This document shows, piece after piece, positions 1 to 9,528 of a stretch of 64,000 bases of DNA. Under the pieces are notes generated by a model. It made no database searches, was not told the DNA's origin, and saw only the letters and a list, made by a program, of their open reading frames with translations. Each line of letters begins with the position of its first letter. The first letter of the stretch is position 1. Source of the DNA: a virus (lineage: Duplodnaviria; Heunggongvirae; Uroviricota; Caudoviricetes); IMG/VR virus record IMGVR_UViG_3300020045_008999, positions 192,001 through 256,000 of that record; one strand, 5' to 3'. A program made the translations under genes and the position numbers.

Positions 1-236
1 ATGTCTTAGGGGTTGATTCGCGTTCATGGGACTGGTTTCCTAACCAGGTGGGTGGTTGTGTTAGTATTATTTATGATAAAATAAACAATTCTAATTATGA
101 TGTTTCAATTTTCAATACTTTATACCGCTATAACCTCAGACAGGTTCAGATAAACAATGGGATATCATCAGAATACCTTACATATTATCAGAACCGAAAG
201 CGTATTGATACAATTAATAAAATATTAGATGACTAA
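1..236 (+). CDS. LRR-like repeat family protein, 5'-truncated by window edge
   Basis: Frame is open from the left edge (..WFPNQVGGCVSI..), matching the family repeat; ends RIDTINKILDD. Confidence 0.6.
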   Translation, partial: VLGVDSRSWDWFPNQVGGCVSIIYDKINNSNYDVSIFNTLYRYNLRQVQINNGISSEYLTYYQNRKRIDTINKILDD

Positions 237-238
237 CG

Positions 239-628
239 ATGGATAGAGATGACATTATAACGTTCTGTAAAAGACACAGGATAGCAAATTATAGTATTCG
301 ACCGGATGGGGTTATTGATGTAGATGGTGATGTAGTTATGTTTGTCGAAACACTGAACTTAGGTGGTATAAAGTTTGGCAATGTAAGTGGTGATTTTTTC
401 GTTAACTGGTCTAATTTAAGTAGCATGGTTGGGTTTCCGACCTTTGTTGGTAATACGCTTAGTGCGGATTATTGTCACTTAGATAATAGTGATGAAAATT
501 TTTCTATTATATACCAGTGTGATTGTAAAGAAATGAAATTTACCCACGCTTTTATGGAGGGATATCGGCGGTATCAGGTCAAGCGAATGCGTATTGACAA
601 TATTAATGACATATTAAAAAACGAATGA
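239..628 (+). CDS. LRR-like repeat family protein
   Basis: NYSIRPDGVIDVDGDV N-terminal motif, GFPTFVG repeat, ends RIDNINDILKNE. Confidence 0.7.
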   Translation: MDRDDIITFCKRHRIANYSIRPDGVIDVDGDVVMFVETLNLGGIKFGNVSGDFFVNWSNLSSMVGFPTFVGNTLSADYCHLDNSDENFSIIYQCDCKEMKFTHAFMEGYRRYQVKRMRIDNINDILKNE

Positions 629-1088
629 AACAGCATGAAATTGCCACGCTATTTATAAAATTAGGGATTATTAAATATGATATAAGGGATGATGGTTTAA
701 TTGACATCTACCATAGTGTGCCTTTAGACAAAATAATTTATATCCAACGCGAGACACAGCTTCGCATTGGTAGGATCATCGGAGATGTTCATGGAACATG
801 GTCTACTGAAAATTATGTTGAGAAATTACCATACAGTGTTAGTGGTAATATTTATCTTAAATATGCATCATTGCATGCTACCGATGCGAATTTCGAAGTC
901 TTATACAATTGTCAATGTAATCAAGTATTAACCACTGGCCAATTTAAAGTTAGGTATGAGGGATACTGTAGAGTGAGAAAGCGAAGTGAAACTATTAATG
1001 ACATATTAAAAAACGAATGAATCAGCATGAAATTGCCACGCTATTTATAAAATTAAGGATTATTAACTATGATATAAGGGATGATGGT
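601..1088 (+). repeat. 96-bp direct repeat (601-696 and 993-1088) spanning gene junctions
   Basis: tattaatgacatattaaaaaacgaatga...gatataagggatgatggt occurs twice with 3 mismatches. Confidence 0.9.
625..1020 (+). CDS. LRR-like repeat family protein (divergent)
   Basis: KYDIRDDGLIDI, LPYSVSGN; ends RSETINDILKNE. Confidence 0.65.
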   Translation: MKQHEIATLFIKLGIIKYDIRDDGLIDIYHSVPLDKIIYIQRETQLRIGRIIGDVHGTWSTENYVEKLPYSVSGNIYLKYASLHATDANFEVLYNCQCNQVLTTGQFKVRYEGYCRVRKRSETINDILKNE

Positions 1089-1412
1089 GCAATTGAAATA
1101 AGGGGTGGCATAAACTTATCCACATTATTAAAAATATACCACTATTATCCAACGATCACCATTGGTAGTGTTTCGGGAAATATATATGGTTCAGGGTGTA
1201 CAGAAACCAAACTATTGGGATTTCCATCTCATGTAGGTGGTTTAGTACATCTCATGTACAGTTCACTGGAAGCTACTATTGAAAATTTTGAATTATTGTA
1301 CAAGTGTAATTATTTATCGGTAGTACTCCCACGCTATTTCGAATATGGGTATGTTAGATATTGTAAAATGAGAAAACGAAGTGAGTCTATTGTTGAATTG
1401 TTATATGAATAA
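1017..1412 (+). CDS. LRR-like repeat family protein (divergent)
   Basis: N-terminus nearly identical to 625..1020; GFPSHVGG; ends RSESIVELLYE. Confidence 0.65.
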   Translation: MNQHEIATLFIKLRIINYDIRDDGAIEIRGGINLSTLLKIYHYYPTITIGSVSGNIYGSGCTETKLLGFPSHVGGLVHLMYSSLEATIENFELLYKCNYLSVVLPRYFEYGYVRYCKMRKRSESIVELLYE

Positions 1413-1489
1413 TATTCTCCAGACCTGATCCAAATCGATGTTGTGAAAACTTTAGAACATTCGGTATTGCTTTTTAAGTTATAATGTTG

Positions 1490-1497
1490 TATGTTTG
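1490..1497 (+). promoter_or_regulatory. Bacteroidota-type -7 promoter box TAnnTTTG
   Basis: tatgtttg, intergenic, about 25 bp upstream of ORF 1524; the motif recurs before about 20 genes. Confidence 0.65.
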
Positions 1498-1523
1498 TAT
1501 CATAATAAGTAATACACTGAACT

Positions 1524-1967
1524 ATGGAAGCGATCTACTACACGACAACTGCTGCTGGACAATTGCATTTAGCTGAATTACAATCCCGTATTAAAGATGC
1601 CAAATCTGAAAAAATAATCGTAGACTGTCCCCGATGCAATGGTGAGGGTGGTATAGTTGAATTTGCACATGTATCTAATGGAATTTGTTTTTTATGCAAG
1701 GGTAGTAAACAAACCTATTCATATCGCACGCCGAAACAGCAAAACCTCAACCGTCTTATCAAAGAACAGATCCTAGAATTATCAAAACGTTTGGTTGTTC
1801 CACAAGAAATTATAATTGAATTTGGGACTAACCCAAAGCACCACACACCGATGTTTCATTCTTTTGTGCGCAATTTTATGGCAACCAATGGATTTTTGGG
1901 TGATAGTTATGATTTTCATGACATATTATACAGAATCAATTGCTTGGACCACTTTATGTATGAATAA
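1524..1967 (+). CDS. hypothetical protein with DnaJ-like CxxCxGxG zinc finger
   Basis: CPRCNGEGG...CFLCKGS. Confidence 0.6.
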   Translation: MEAIYYTTTAAGQLHLAELQSRIKDAKSEKIIVDCPRCNGEGGIVEFAHVSNGICFLCKGSKQTYSYRTPKQQNLNRLIKEQILELSKRLVVPQEIIIEFGTNPKHHTPMFHSFVRNFMATNGFLGDSYDFHDILYRINCLDHFMYE

Positions 1968-1985
1968 TTATCTAACTCAAAATTA

Positions 1986-2432
1986 ATGGAATTGCCAAAC
2001 CCCGGAAGCGACGACCTAATAAAAGAAAGCAACACCGCTTATCATACTTTTGTACATCTAACACTCACTCAATGGGGTGTAAAAGATTACACCATTAATA
2101 CTGATATGACTGTCGATATAAATACTGATGTGTCCTTATTAGGTATACCTAATTTAGAAGTACCATTCCAAATAGGCATCGTGTGGGGTTATTTTTCTTG
2201 TTTGATCTGTGGGTTTGAATCATTCAAGGGATTTCCACGTAAAGTATATGGTACGTTTCGTTGTATTAGTAATGAAATAATACATTCCCAAGAAAATTTT
2301 GATTACTTATATACATTGGAACCATCTAAGATAGATATTGGGGATCGTGGCGACCCGTTTCACGACGCGTACCAACAGTATGTCAAGGGCCGGATGAGAT
2401 GTGATAACATTAATGAAATATTAAACCCATAA
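1986..2432 (+). CDS. LRR-like repeat family protein
   Basis: DYTINTDMTVDI, GFPRKVYGTFRC; ends RCDNINEILNP. Confidence 0.7.
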   Translation: MELPNPGSDDLIKESNTAYHTFVHLTLTQWGVKDYTINTDMTVDINTDVSLLGIPNLEVPFQIGIVWGYFSCLICGFESFKGFPRKVYGTFRCISNEIIHSQENFDYLYTLEPSKIDIGDRGDPFHDAYQQYVKGRMRCDNINEILNP

Positions 2433-2435
2433 CAG

Positions 2436-2843
2436 ATGCAGAAAAGAACAACACCGGAATATATTAGCAACCTACCAAAGAACCACATTTTTGTATTTGG
2501 ATCAAATTTATCGGGAAGACATGGTAAGGGGGCAGCGAAAACGGCTCTGAGATGGGGTGCGCGCTATGGCCGGGCAAATGGTCCACAAGGAAGAACCTAT
2601 GCATTACCAACCAAAGATGCCCAAATTAAGCACGCTTTGTCCATTGATATAATTAGACCATTTGTAGATGAATTCATAGCATTTGCAAAAGAGAATGTCG
2701 GTCTGGTGTTTTTAGTAACCGAAGTCGGTTGCGGTCTGTCTGGTTTAAAACCTAGTGCTGTTGCACCACTATTCATCGATGCCATTGGTGTGGAAAACAT
2801 TCATTTACCGGAACGATTTTGGAATATTCTTAATAAAATATAA
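2436..2843 (+). CDS. macrodomain-like phage protein (A1S_2505-type)
   Basis: IFVFGSNLSGRHGKGAA...YALPTK...FLVTEVGCGLSG signature. Confidence 0.7.
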   Translation: MQKRTTPEYISNLPKNHIFVFGSNLSGRHGKGAAKTALRWGARYGRANGPQGRTYALPTKDAQIKHALSIDIIRPFVDEFIAFAKENVGLVFLVTEVGCGLSGLKPSAVAPLFIDAIGVENIHLPERFWNILNKI

Positions 2844-2848
2844 AACAT

Positions 2849-3328
2849 ATGGATTTAACTACATTAATTCCGGAAATTGATTACCAACAAACCTACACAT
2901 ATGAGCAAAGGGTCGATATTTTTAATAAGTATCTGATTTCACCGGCCACTAAAATGATGTGTCCGATTTGGCAATTATCACAATTTATAATTAGTAATAC
3001 CATGCCCAATAAAAATACTTACGTATATAGATTTGGACATGGTCAGAACTTATTAAACAACTCAAGAGATATAGCGATACAAAACCGCAAAGAGATGCAA
3101 GTTTCAATGACTTCTTCTAATAAATCAATCATGATACGTAGTTATGATCCAGATGCGAAAGAAATGCCAAAATATGGGAAGTATCGTAATGCGATTCGAT
3201 TTGATTTAACGATGCGTACGATTTCACTATGTACTAGTTTAACACAATTAGGACCGTATCAGGTTAGTCGTGATTTATATGATCAAATTGACCAGTGGTT
3301 AATAGATTTTGGGTATAGTAAGTGGTAG
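2849..3328 (+). CDS. hypothetical protein
   Basis: 159-aa ORF tightly packed in operon. Confidence 0.6.
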   Translation: MDLTTLIPEIDYQQTYTYEQRVDIFNKYLISPATKMMCPIWQLSQFIISNTMPNKNTYVYRFGHGQNLLNNSRDIAIQNRKEMQVSMTSSNKSIMIRSYDPDAKEMPKYGKYRNAIRFDLTMRTISLCTSLTQLGPYQVSRDLYDQIDQWLIDFGYSKW

Positions 3329-3334
3329 ATTACA

Positions 3335-3392
3335 TTAAATTTAATACAACGAATAGTGCATTAAATTACACTATTCGTTGTATTAAATTTAA
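3335..3392. repeat. perfect 24-bp inverted repeat with 10-nt loop
   Basis: ttaaatttaatacaacgaatagtg / cactattcgttgtattaaatttaa. Confidence 0.9.
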
Positions 3393-3421
3393 AAATCATA
3401 CGTAAGTATGGAAATAGTGCA

Positions 3422-3637
3422 ATGAATGGCACTTTTAAAAATAAAAAAGAACATAGCATGTCAGAAAATTTAAACGAAGCACCCAAAGACTCACAAGTAA
3501 CCGGGGTATTTATTCAATTTCAGGATCGAGGAATGGTGAATATCGCTGATTTATCCAGAGTAGAATATGAAGAATTTTTGGATATGATGCATATGGTCCG
3601 AACATCTTATTTAGTAGCGATAAATCGAACCGAATAA
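3422..3637 (+). CDS. hypothetical protein (start may be the internal MSENL)
   Basis: ORF track, co-directional packing. Confidence 0.5.
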   Translation: MNGTFKNKKEHSMSENLNEAPKDSQVTGVFIQFQDRGMVNIADLSRVEYEEFLDMMHMVRTSYLVAINRTE

Positions 3638-3641
3638 TCAT

Positions 3642-4232
3642 ATGGAAATATATGAAAAGATGAAGTCTTTGAAGAATAAAAGAAATAAGGAAAAAGTAGT
3701 TGATAAAGATATCAAAAAAATTAAATCATTTTGTGATCTGGTTGTGATTGGTACTTATGTGATCAATTTGGATAATACCGTATCTGTAACTGGAATGGTA
3801 AATATGGCTGGTCATGGGTTGAAATCTATACCGGTTAAATTTAAAGAGGTAAGTGAAGGGTTTAATTGTTCGGGAAACACACTAACTAATTTAATTGGTG
3901 CCCCGGATTCTATTGGTACATATTTTAATTGTTCTGACAATTTACTAACATCATTGGTTGGATTACCATGTTACATTCATGATTTTCTCATGTGTCATAC
4001 CAACCGCCTTGAAAGTTTCCAAGGATTAGAGAGTAGTACTTATAGCCCAACATGTAGGCTGCATGTCTATAACAATCCAACTATGAAACAAGAAGATAGG
4101 TTGGATAATTTTAAACGATTAGATAATTTTAATTCAAATTGTGTTTATTTGGATTCGGATTTAAACCATAGTTATCAACTATATTTACGTGCTAAAGACC
4201 GTATTAAAAACATTGCCGACATACTTAAATAA
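3642..4232 (+). CDS. LRR-like repeat family protein
   Basis: 22-aa repeats FNCSGNTLTNLIGAP / FNCSDNLLTSLVGLP; ends RIKNIADILK. Confidence 0.8.
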   Translation: MEIYEKMKSLKNKRNKEKVVDKDIKKIKSFCDLVVIGTYVINLDNTVSVTGMVNMAGHGLKSIPVKFKEVSEGFNCSGNTLTNLIGAPDSIGTYFNCSDNLLTSLVGLPCYIHDFLMCHTNRLESFQGLESSTYSPTCRLHVYNNPTMKQEDRLDNFKRLDNFNSNCVYLDSDLNHSYQLYLRAKDRIKNIADILK

Positions 4233-4237
4233 AAAAT

Positions 4238-4438
4238 ATGATGAATAATAAAGAAATTAAACAAGAATGTGACTTAATATACAACGAAATTAAGAGTGCC
4301 GAACAACGACTGCGCAAATTGCGAGACCTTTGTGAGCATGATGATACCGATATTGGAAATTATTCCTATCGAGTTGGGGTTGTTGAGCGCGCAGAAATTT
4401 GTAATTCATGCGGCGAAATCATAAAACGCATGAGTTAA
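4238..4438 (+). CDS. small zinc-ribbon protein
   Basis: CEH...CNSCG. Confidence 0.55.
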   Translation: MMNNKEIKQECDLIYNEIKSAEQRLRKLRDLCEHDDTDIGNYSYRVGVVERAEICNSCGEIIKRMS

Positions 4439-4454
4439 TTAATAATGTATAGAT

Positions 4455-4985
4455 ATGACCCAAGAAGAATTAATTCGCGGAATATGTAGTACGTGTATTA
4501 CCGGAACTTATGATCTGGGCCCAGATTTGTCGGTAAATGTAAATGGTTCGGTAAATTTAGCTCATAGAAATTTATTATGTTTGCCTATTAATTTTAATAC
4601 TGTGAGTGGTAATTTTTACTGCGAAGGTAATAGGTTGACCACACTACATGGTGCTCCACACTACGTTGGTGGCGTATTTGATTGTTCCTTTAATAGATTG
4701 ATCAATTTAAATGGATTGCCTAAAGAGATATCTGGTAATTTAATTTGTAGTAATAATTCCTTTATTACATTTGAGGGTATGGACAAATCGATGATCAGTG
4801 GTGATCTGGCATGTTTTGATAATTTCGCATTAAGAAGCGATAAAAGTTCAGATATGATCAATTTTAAAATATTTGATCAATTTATGCCCGCACAAATCTA
4901 CGTCGATCATTCAATTACTGAACGATATAAACAATATTTACGCATTAAAAACCGTATTGACATCATTAAAAATATTTTAAACTAA
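4455..4985 (+). CDS. LRR-like repeat family protein
   Basis: FYCEGNRLTTLHGAPHYVGGVFDCSFNRLINLNGLP; ends RIDIIKNILN. Confidence 0.8.
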   Translation: MTQEELIRGICSTCITGTYDLGPDLSVNVNGSVNLAHRNLLCLPINFNTVSGNFYCEGNRLTTLHGAPHYVGGVFDCSFNRLINLNGLPKEISGNLICSNNSFITFEGMDKSMISGDLACFDNFALRSDKSSDMINFKIFDQFMPAQIYVDHSITERYKQYLRIKNRIDIIKNILN

Positions 4986-4996
4986 ACAACACGCAT

Positions 4997-5395
4997 ATGG
5001 ACAATATGGACAAAATATTAACAAACGAAGCTTATATATCCTTTTCAAATTGGCTTATTCATTCAGATTGTGCAACGCGTTGCTGGGGTGGGTTAGGTAA
5101 TGGTAATGATAATGGTGGCATTGGTTTTGAATTTTTACCAGAAGAATTCCAAGTTGAAATGCTCATTATGTGGTTTGATGCAATGGAAATATTCATTGGT
5201 AGTGAGATTTGTTTCGATAGTGGATCACAATATGTTCGTGGGTTTGATGCATCCGTTTGGTCGAGTACTATTATTTTGGTCGAGAGTATATCCGGATACA
5301 ATAACCTAGATGTGTATCAAAGTCGTTTGGAATCCAAAAAGGACGCAATTGTATATGCGAATAATTACTACAATACCATTAAGTCTAAGCGATGA
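4997..5395 (+). CDS. hypothetical protein
   Basis: ORF overlaps the start of the next gene. Confidence 0.6.
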   Translation: MDNMDKILTNEAYISFSNWLIHSDCATRCWGGLGNGNDNGGIGFEFLPEEFQVEMLIMWFDAMEIFIGSEICFDSGSQYVRGFDASVWSSTIILVESISGYNNLDVYQSRLESKKDAIVYANNYYNTIKSKR

Positions 5396-5931
5396 AGATC
5401 AATCGAAGTACCATCATACACAAATGTCTTAGATATAACATCAATAATTATTCAATAAATTTAGATGGTTCGATTGATGTGCATGGTGATGTAAATTTAT
5501 TTCAGATTAAATTAGAAAAACTACCATTAAATTTTGGTAAGGTCAGTGGTAATTTTTCATGTGCATTTAATAAATTAACTACACTAGAGGGTTCCCCGGT
5601 TACGGTGGGTGGTTTTTTTGATTGTTCCTATAATACGTTAACATCCTTGGAGGGTGCTCCACATACAGTGGGACGTTTTTTCGATTGTAGTATGAATAGT
5701 TTGACAAATATATTAGGTGGACCCACATTAGTTCGCGATGAATTTAAACTTTCGAAACTATTTGATGGGACACATGTTAGTATTGATGACAATTATGCCT
5801 ATTTATATGATCTCATGTTGCAAAATACTGATATTTTTTTCAGAAGCCAGCCCATGCGTGATTATTTCATAAAATATGTCAAAGCCCGTAAAAGACTAGA
5901 TGTGATAAAATCAATTTTGGATACGGATTGA
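5392..5931 (+). CDS. LRR-like repeat family protein
   Basis: NYSINLDGSIDVHGDVNL; three FxCxxNxLTxLEGxP repeats; ends RLDVIKSILDTD. Confidence 0.8.
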   Translation: MKINRSTIIHKCLRYNINNYSINLDGSIDVHGDVNLFQIKLEKLPLNFGKVSGNFSCAFNKLTTLEGSPVTVGGFFDCSYNTLTSLEGAPHTVGRFFDCSMNSLTNILGGPTLVRDEFKLSKLFDGTHVSIDDNYAYLYDLMLQNTDIFFRSQPMRDYFIKYVKARKRLDVIKSILDTD

Positions 5932-6038
5932 TTCTAATACAATCATCGATATTATATCAATTTACACATAGATAAAAAACATTGAATTGAAATGCAATTT
6001 TTAGAAATAAAAATTATATATTTGTTAAAAAAAATCAC

Positions 6039-6320
6039 ATGAATAGTTATACGAAAGAATTTGTACACAATGGTCAACGCTTTAGCATTATTGTAAACTT
6101 AAACACTAAAGTTGAAAAACGAATAAATGGGGACCGATGGCATACCATTCAGTGCAACAACACAGGGCCAGGGAACTATTATGAAAAAATAGAAGTGTTA
6201 GATGCTAATTTAGAAAAATCAATAATGGATATAGAGTCCAGTGCCAAGGCGAGTGTTGATAAAATCTTGCCTAACGAAACTGAACAAGAAATCTTATTAA
6301 AGAAATTGGGATTTAAATAG
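6039..6320 (+). CDS. hypothetical protein
   Basis: Follows TAnnTTTG at 6017-6024. Confidence 0.6.
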   Translation: MNSYTKEFVHNGQRFSIIVNLNTKVEKRINGDRWHTIQCNNTGPGNYYEKIEVLDANLEKSIMDIESSAKASVDKILPNETEQEILLKKLGFK

Positions 6321-6326
6321 TAAATT

Positions 6327-6977
6327 ATGAAAATAGCTAAACAAGATATTCAAATAGGGATGCAGTTCGCACTGACTGAAAATTCCATAAATGTATTCAA
6401 TTATGATCCTAGTGGATATTATTCAATGGACAATGCAGTTGAAATATTTTCATCAGTTGGCAATATTTCGATTACGTCATTAGTGTATAGGAATAAAGGA
6501 AATGGTGACATGATTCGTTTCAATATTTCTAATTCGCCAAAAGAATTCACTACATGGTGGGCAGCATTTAAGAGAAGTACTAAATATGTCCCAACGGATT
6601 CAATCATATTGAACCCGGTAACAAAAATACCCAAATTGAAAAAGACAAAATGGTCGGAGATGCAAGCAGCCCGATTAGGTGCCCCGGGATACTACATTGA
6701 GTATTATGGAAAACCTAATGAGTATCCAAGCGAATATTCAGTGATTTACATCGGTGTTGGAAAATGCAGATACATTCATTATAATTCGCCACCTAATCGT
6801 CAAGATTGGGCATCTCTTTTATGGTCTTGTGCCCCGACAAAGCGCAAAATCAATACATCAATTACCGATATAGAAAACGTGATATATCGATATCACTTTT
6901 TCGAAACACATGAAGATTTGATTAAATATAAAGGAATTTATCATAAACCAGGTGCAATGATACCGGTAGTCGAATAA
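6327..6977 (+). CDS. hypothetical protein
   Basis: 216-aa ORF in operon. Confidence 0.6.
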   Translation: MKIAKQDIQIGMQFALTENSINVFNYDPSGYYSMDNAVEIFSSVGNISITSLVYRNKGNGDMIRFNISNSPKEFTTWWAAFKRSTKYVPTDSIILNPVTKIPKLKKTKWSEMQAARLGAPGYYIEYYGKPNEYPSEYSVIYIGVGKCRYIHYNSPPNRQDWASLLWSCAPTKRKINTSITDIENVIYRYHFFETHEDLIKYKGIYHKPGAMIPVVE

Positions 6978-6980
6978 TTT

Positions 6981-7223
6981 ATGGAGTTCAAACCTAAATA
7001 TGGCAACAGTACCAAACCTTTACAATATGACTTGGAATCACTTGTAGAGGATTCATACTATCGCATCAATGACACCAAAAAAATTCTACAATGGAATGGT
7101 GTTGAATTTCTCAAACCTTTGAAAGACCAACAAGGGCGATATGGTAGTTGGTTGGAACGAATAGAATCGCAGCCAAATGTTAAATTCGTACAAGAAGTGG
7201 ATCTATTAGAACTCTACTTATGA
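6981..7223 (+). CDS. hypothetical protein
   Basis: ORF in operon. Confidence 0.55.
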   Translation: MEFKPKYGNSTKPLQYDLESLVEDSYYRINDTKKILQWNGVEFLKPLKDQQGRYGSWLERIESQPNVKFVQEVDLLELYL

Positions 7224-7555
7224 TTTATCTAATTACCGTAGAAGCTAATTACGATCATCTTGAAATTGAATTTCTGGCAAATTTTGAAATCATTGCAGAC
7301 ATTTGTGAAAGTACTAATGCATCAAGGGGTACTATTGAGGCTGAGCTTACTAAATATAATCCGGACATTTATACCGTATTTTCATCGTTTATACATCTAA
7401 AACAACGAGGATATGTAGTGCTTCATACTCGATCAGTTTCGTACTTTAATAATGCGGTGTGGAAACCTGATTTAAGTTACATGCTAATAAATACCGACAA
7501 TTCGGCGATAAAACCGTTATTTCGAAAAAAAATGATTGCGGAAATACTTAAATAA
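7220..7555 (+). CDS. hypothetical protein with C-terminal R-x3-I-x2-IL tag
   Basis: Ends RKKMIAEILK. Confidence 0.6.
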   Translation: MIYLITVEANYDHLEIEFLANFEIIADICESTNASRGTIEAELTKYNPDIYTVFSSFIHLKQRGYVVLHTRSVSYFNNAVWKPDLSYMLINTDNSAIKPLFRKKMIAEILK

Positions 7556-7604
7556 ATTACATTCGTATTATATAATTGTATATATTTGTAGAAAATATTA
7601 TATT

Positions 7605-7892
7605 ATGAAAACATTATATTATAACGAAATAGGGAATGCGATCTCGGATTATATGGTATCCAAATGGTTGGATAATTTCCTCAGTGGTGATGCATCCCAT
7701 GTTTATTTCTCATCTGCTATCGTATTGGATGAACTTCGCGCTCGAATTAAGGAGGGTAGTATCGCTCATGATGCGGTGTGTATTGATATCGATGGTAAAG
7801 AATTCTTCATTGATTCAGATGGTAGATCGAGTGATTGGGACAACTGTTCGGAATTGTTGGTTCATGAGCGCATAATGATGCGTTTATTTTAG
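7605..7892 (+). CDS. hypothetical protein (start moved to MKTLYY)
   Basis: TAnnTTTG at 7581-7588 lies inside the longer ORF call, so the internal ATG is favoured. Confidence 0.55.
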   Translation: MKTLYYNEIGNAISDYMVSKWLDNFLSGDASHVYFSSAIVLDELRARIKEGSIAHDAVCIDIDGKEFFIDSDGRSSDWDNCSELLVHERIMMRLF

Positions 7893-8116
7893 CTTTAATA
7901 TTGATGAGAAATACTATAGACAAAAGTCGTATATGCATAGGATCGCGTTTAAGAATTTGGAGCAGTAAGTATCAATGTGAGAAAGTAATTACAGTAATTC
8001 ACATACGGTTAGTCGTGATTTTCTTTTTGTATGATAATGATCCGGAAGAAGATTGGTTACCAATGGGAAGTTATATAATAGAAACTGCTACATTCGAGTA
8101 GTATAAATCACTTATT

Positions 8117-8461
8117 ATGATAAAAGTTATAATTAAAGTAGAAACCGATTCCGATTTCACCTTATCATTTCCTAAAAACATCACCGGATTTTATGATATA
8201 AAATATGATGGTAATTATTTTATAAAGATATGTTACGAAGAAAAAAACGCGCTGGATGGTTTAGTTGCACTATTAAGTGAAATTGAGATTAGTTCGTGTA
8301 AAGATTGGCACAGTGCTGATTTGAAAAAGGGTATAAGTGGTTACATCAACCAACTAAACACATTGGGACTTTCTAGTTCAATCTATGATTTAATAGGTGG
8401 TGGTAATTGGTCATTCACTATTGATGTTTTGAGAATAACCGAACAATACGTAACAGCATAA
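8117..8461 (+). CDS. hypothetical protein
   Basis: ORF track. Confidence 0.55.
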   Translation: MIKVIIKVETDSDFTLSFPKNITGFYDIKYDGNYFIKICYEEKNALDGLVALLSEIEISSCKDWHSADLKKGISGYINQLNTLGLSSSIYDLIGGGNWSFTIDVLRITEQYVTA

Positions 8462-8576
8462 CGCTTTACTGACAAACGAAGGTAGTTATTTGATACAAAA
8501 TAATCTTTAAATTAATCTAAAAATGAAAATATTCTTCGCATTCAAGGCCCAAATAATTGTTTATGTGGTGTTAGTT
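8456..8576 (+). other. attC-like imperfect inverted repeat
   Basis: GCATAAC at the upstream stop codon, inner arms agttatttg/caaataatt, closing GTTAGTT. Confidence 0.4.
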
Positions 8577-8792
8577 GTAGTACTTTCTGCTTGTAGAAAT
8601 TCAGATAAAAAATATCCAAGCGAAACTTCAAAATTTATCGTTACCAGAATAGAACCTAACACATTTGCCACAAGTATTTATTTGTTGGAACCAATTGATA
8701 AACAAGACTTAAATATGAATCATACTTGGATAGTTGATAGTATTGGTAAATTTACCGCTGGCGATACGCTGTCTTTTCAACATTATCGCTAA
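8523..8792 (+). CDS. putative lipoprotein
   Basis: Hydrophobic signal plus LSAC lipobox; VDSIGKF motif shared with 63206..63472. Confidence 0.65.
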   Translation: MKIFFAFKAQIIVYVVLVVVLSACRNSDKKYPSETSKFIVTRIEPNTFATSIYLLEPIDKQDLNMNHTWIVDSIGKFTAGDTLSFQHYR

Positions 8793-8919
8793 CATACACG
8801 GTTTGTTTTTCGACTGTGCAATAAATCAAATACAAGATGTTCAATAAATTGAACACAGATGGAAAGCTGGAAATCATAATTGGATAGTTGATAATATTGA
8901 AATAATTAAAAAAATAAAT

Positions 8920-9168
8920 ATGTCGAAAATTAAAGAAGAGCATCTAGTGTTCATGACGGATGATATGTATACACCTATATCATACAAAGGAGTGTCTGTA
9001 AGTCCACCATTATACAAAGGAAATGGTGAGCATAGCGTTCGTGATTTAGAAAAAATTTGTAACCAATACAAAGAATACGTGAGTCAGCAGCAAATAATTA
9101 AGCAAAATTGCATGAAACATATTGTTGAGCTTAAATTTGGAATTAAATTCGAATCTAATGACCATTGA
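8920..9168 (+). CDS. hypothetical protein
   Basis: ORF track. Confidence 0.5.
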   Translation: MSKIKEEHLVFMTDDMYTPISYKGVSVSPPLYKGNGEHSVRDLEKICNQYKEYVSQQQIIKQNCMKHIVELKFGIKFESNDH

Positions 9169-9502
9169 TATGGAATTTATAGGCACAACCAAATATCAAC
9201 ATGCCGCTGTGTTGCGGAATAATACTAGGCGAAGTATTATGTTGTATTTCGTCAATGGTATTCAAATTTTCAAAGAGAAGATTCCATTTGATGAAAATTA
9301 TGAACAAGGTACCGGTAAATGGGTTTTTACAAACGTATACCTATTAAATGGGAAGTTGTACCAAACCAGATCCAATGATCGGTGGTGTAATCATACATCT
9401 ACCTACATAATAAAATCTAGAGATGTTAAATTTCCATTATCAAAACGGATATTAGAACAGGTAAATATACCAGTCGATTTGAAAATAATCTTCAAGAAGT
9501 AA
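9122..9502 (+). CDS. hypothetical protein (true start likely internal)
   Basis: ORF track. Confidence 0.5.
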   Translation: MLSLNLELNSNLMTIDMEFIGTTKYQHAAVLRNNTRRSIMLYFVNGIQIFKEKIPFDENYEQGTGKWVFTNVYLLNGKLYQTRSNDRWCNHTSTYIIKSRDVKFPLSKRILEQVNIPVDLKIIFKK

Positions 9503-9528
9503 TTATTCGATAAAAGTAAGTTACATAC

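Noticed and set aside
601-1088. Diversity-generating retroelement TR/VR pair
   Set aside because: Only 3 mismatches, not all adenine in one copy; the repeat covers conserved ends; no reverse transcriptase in the window.
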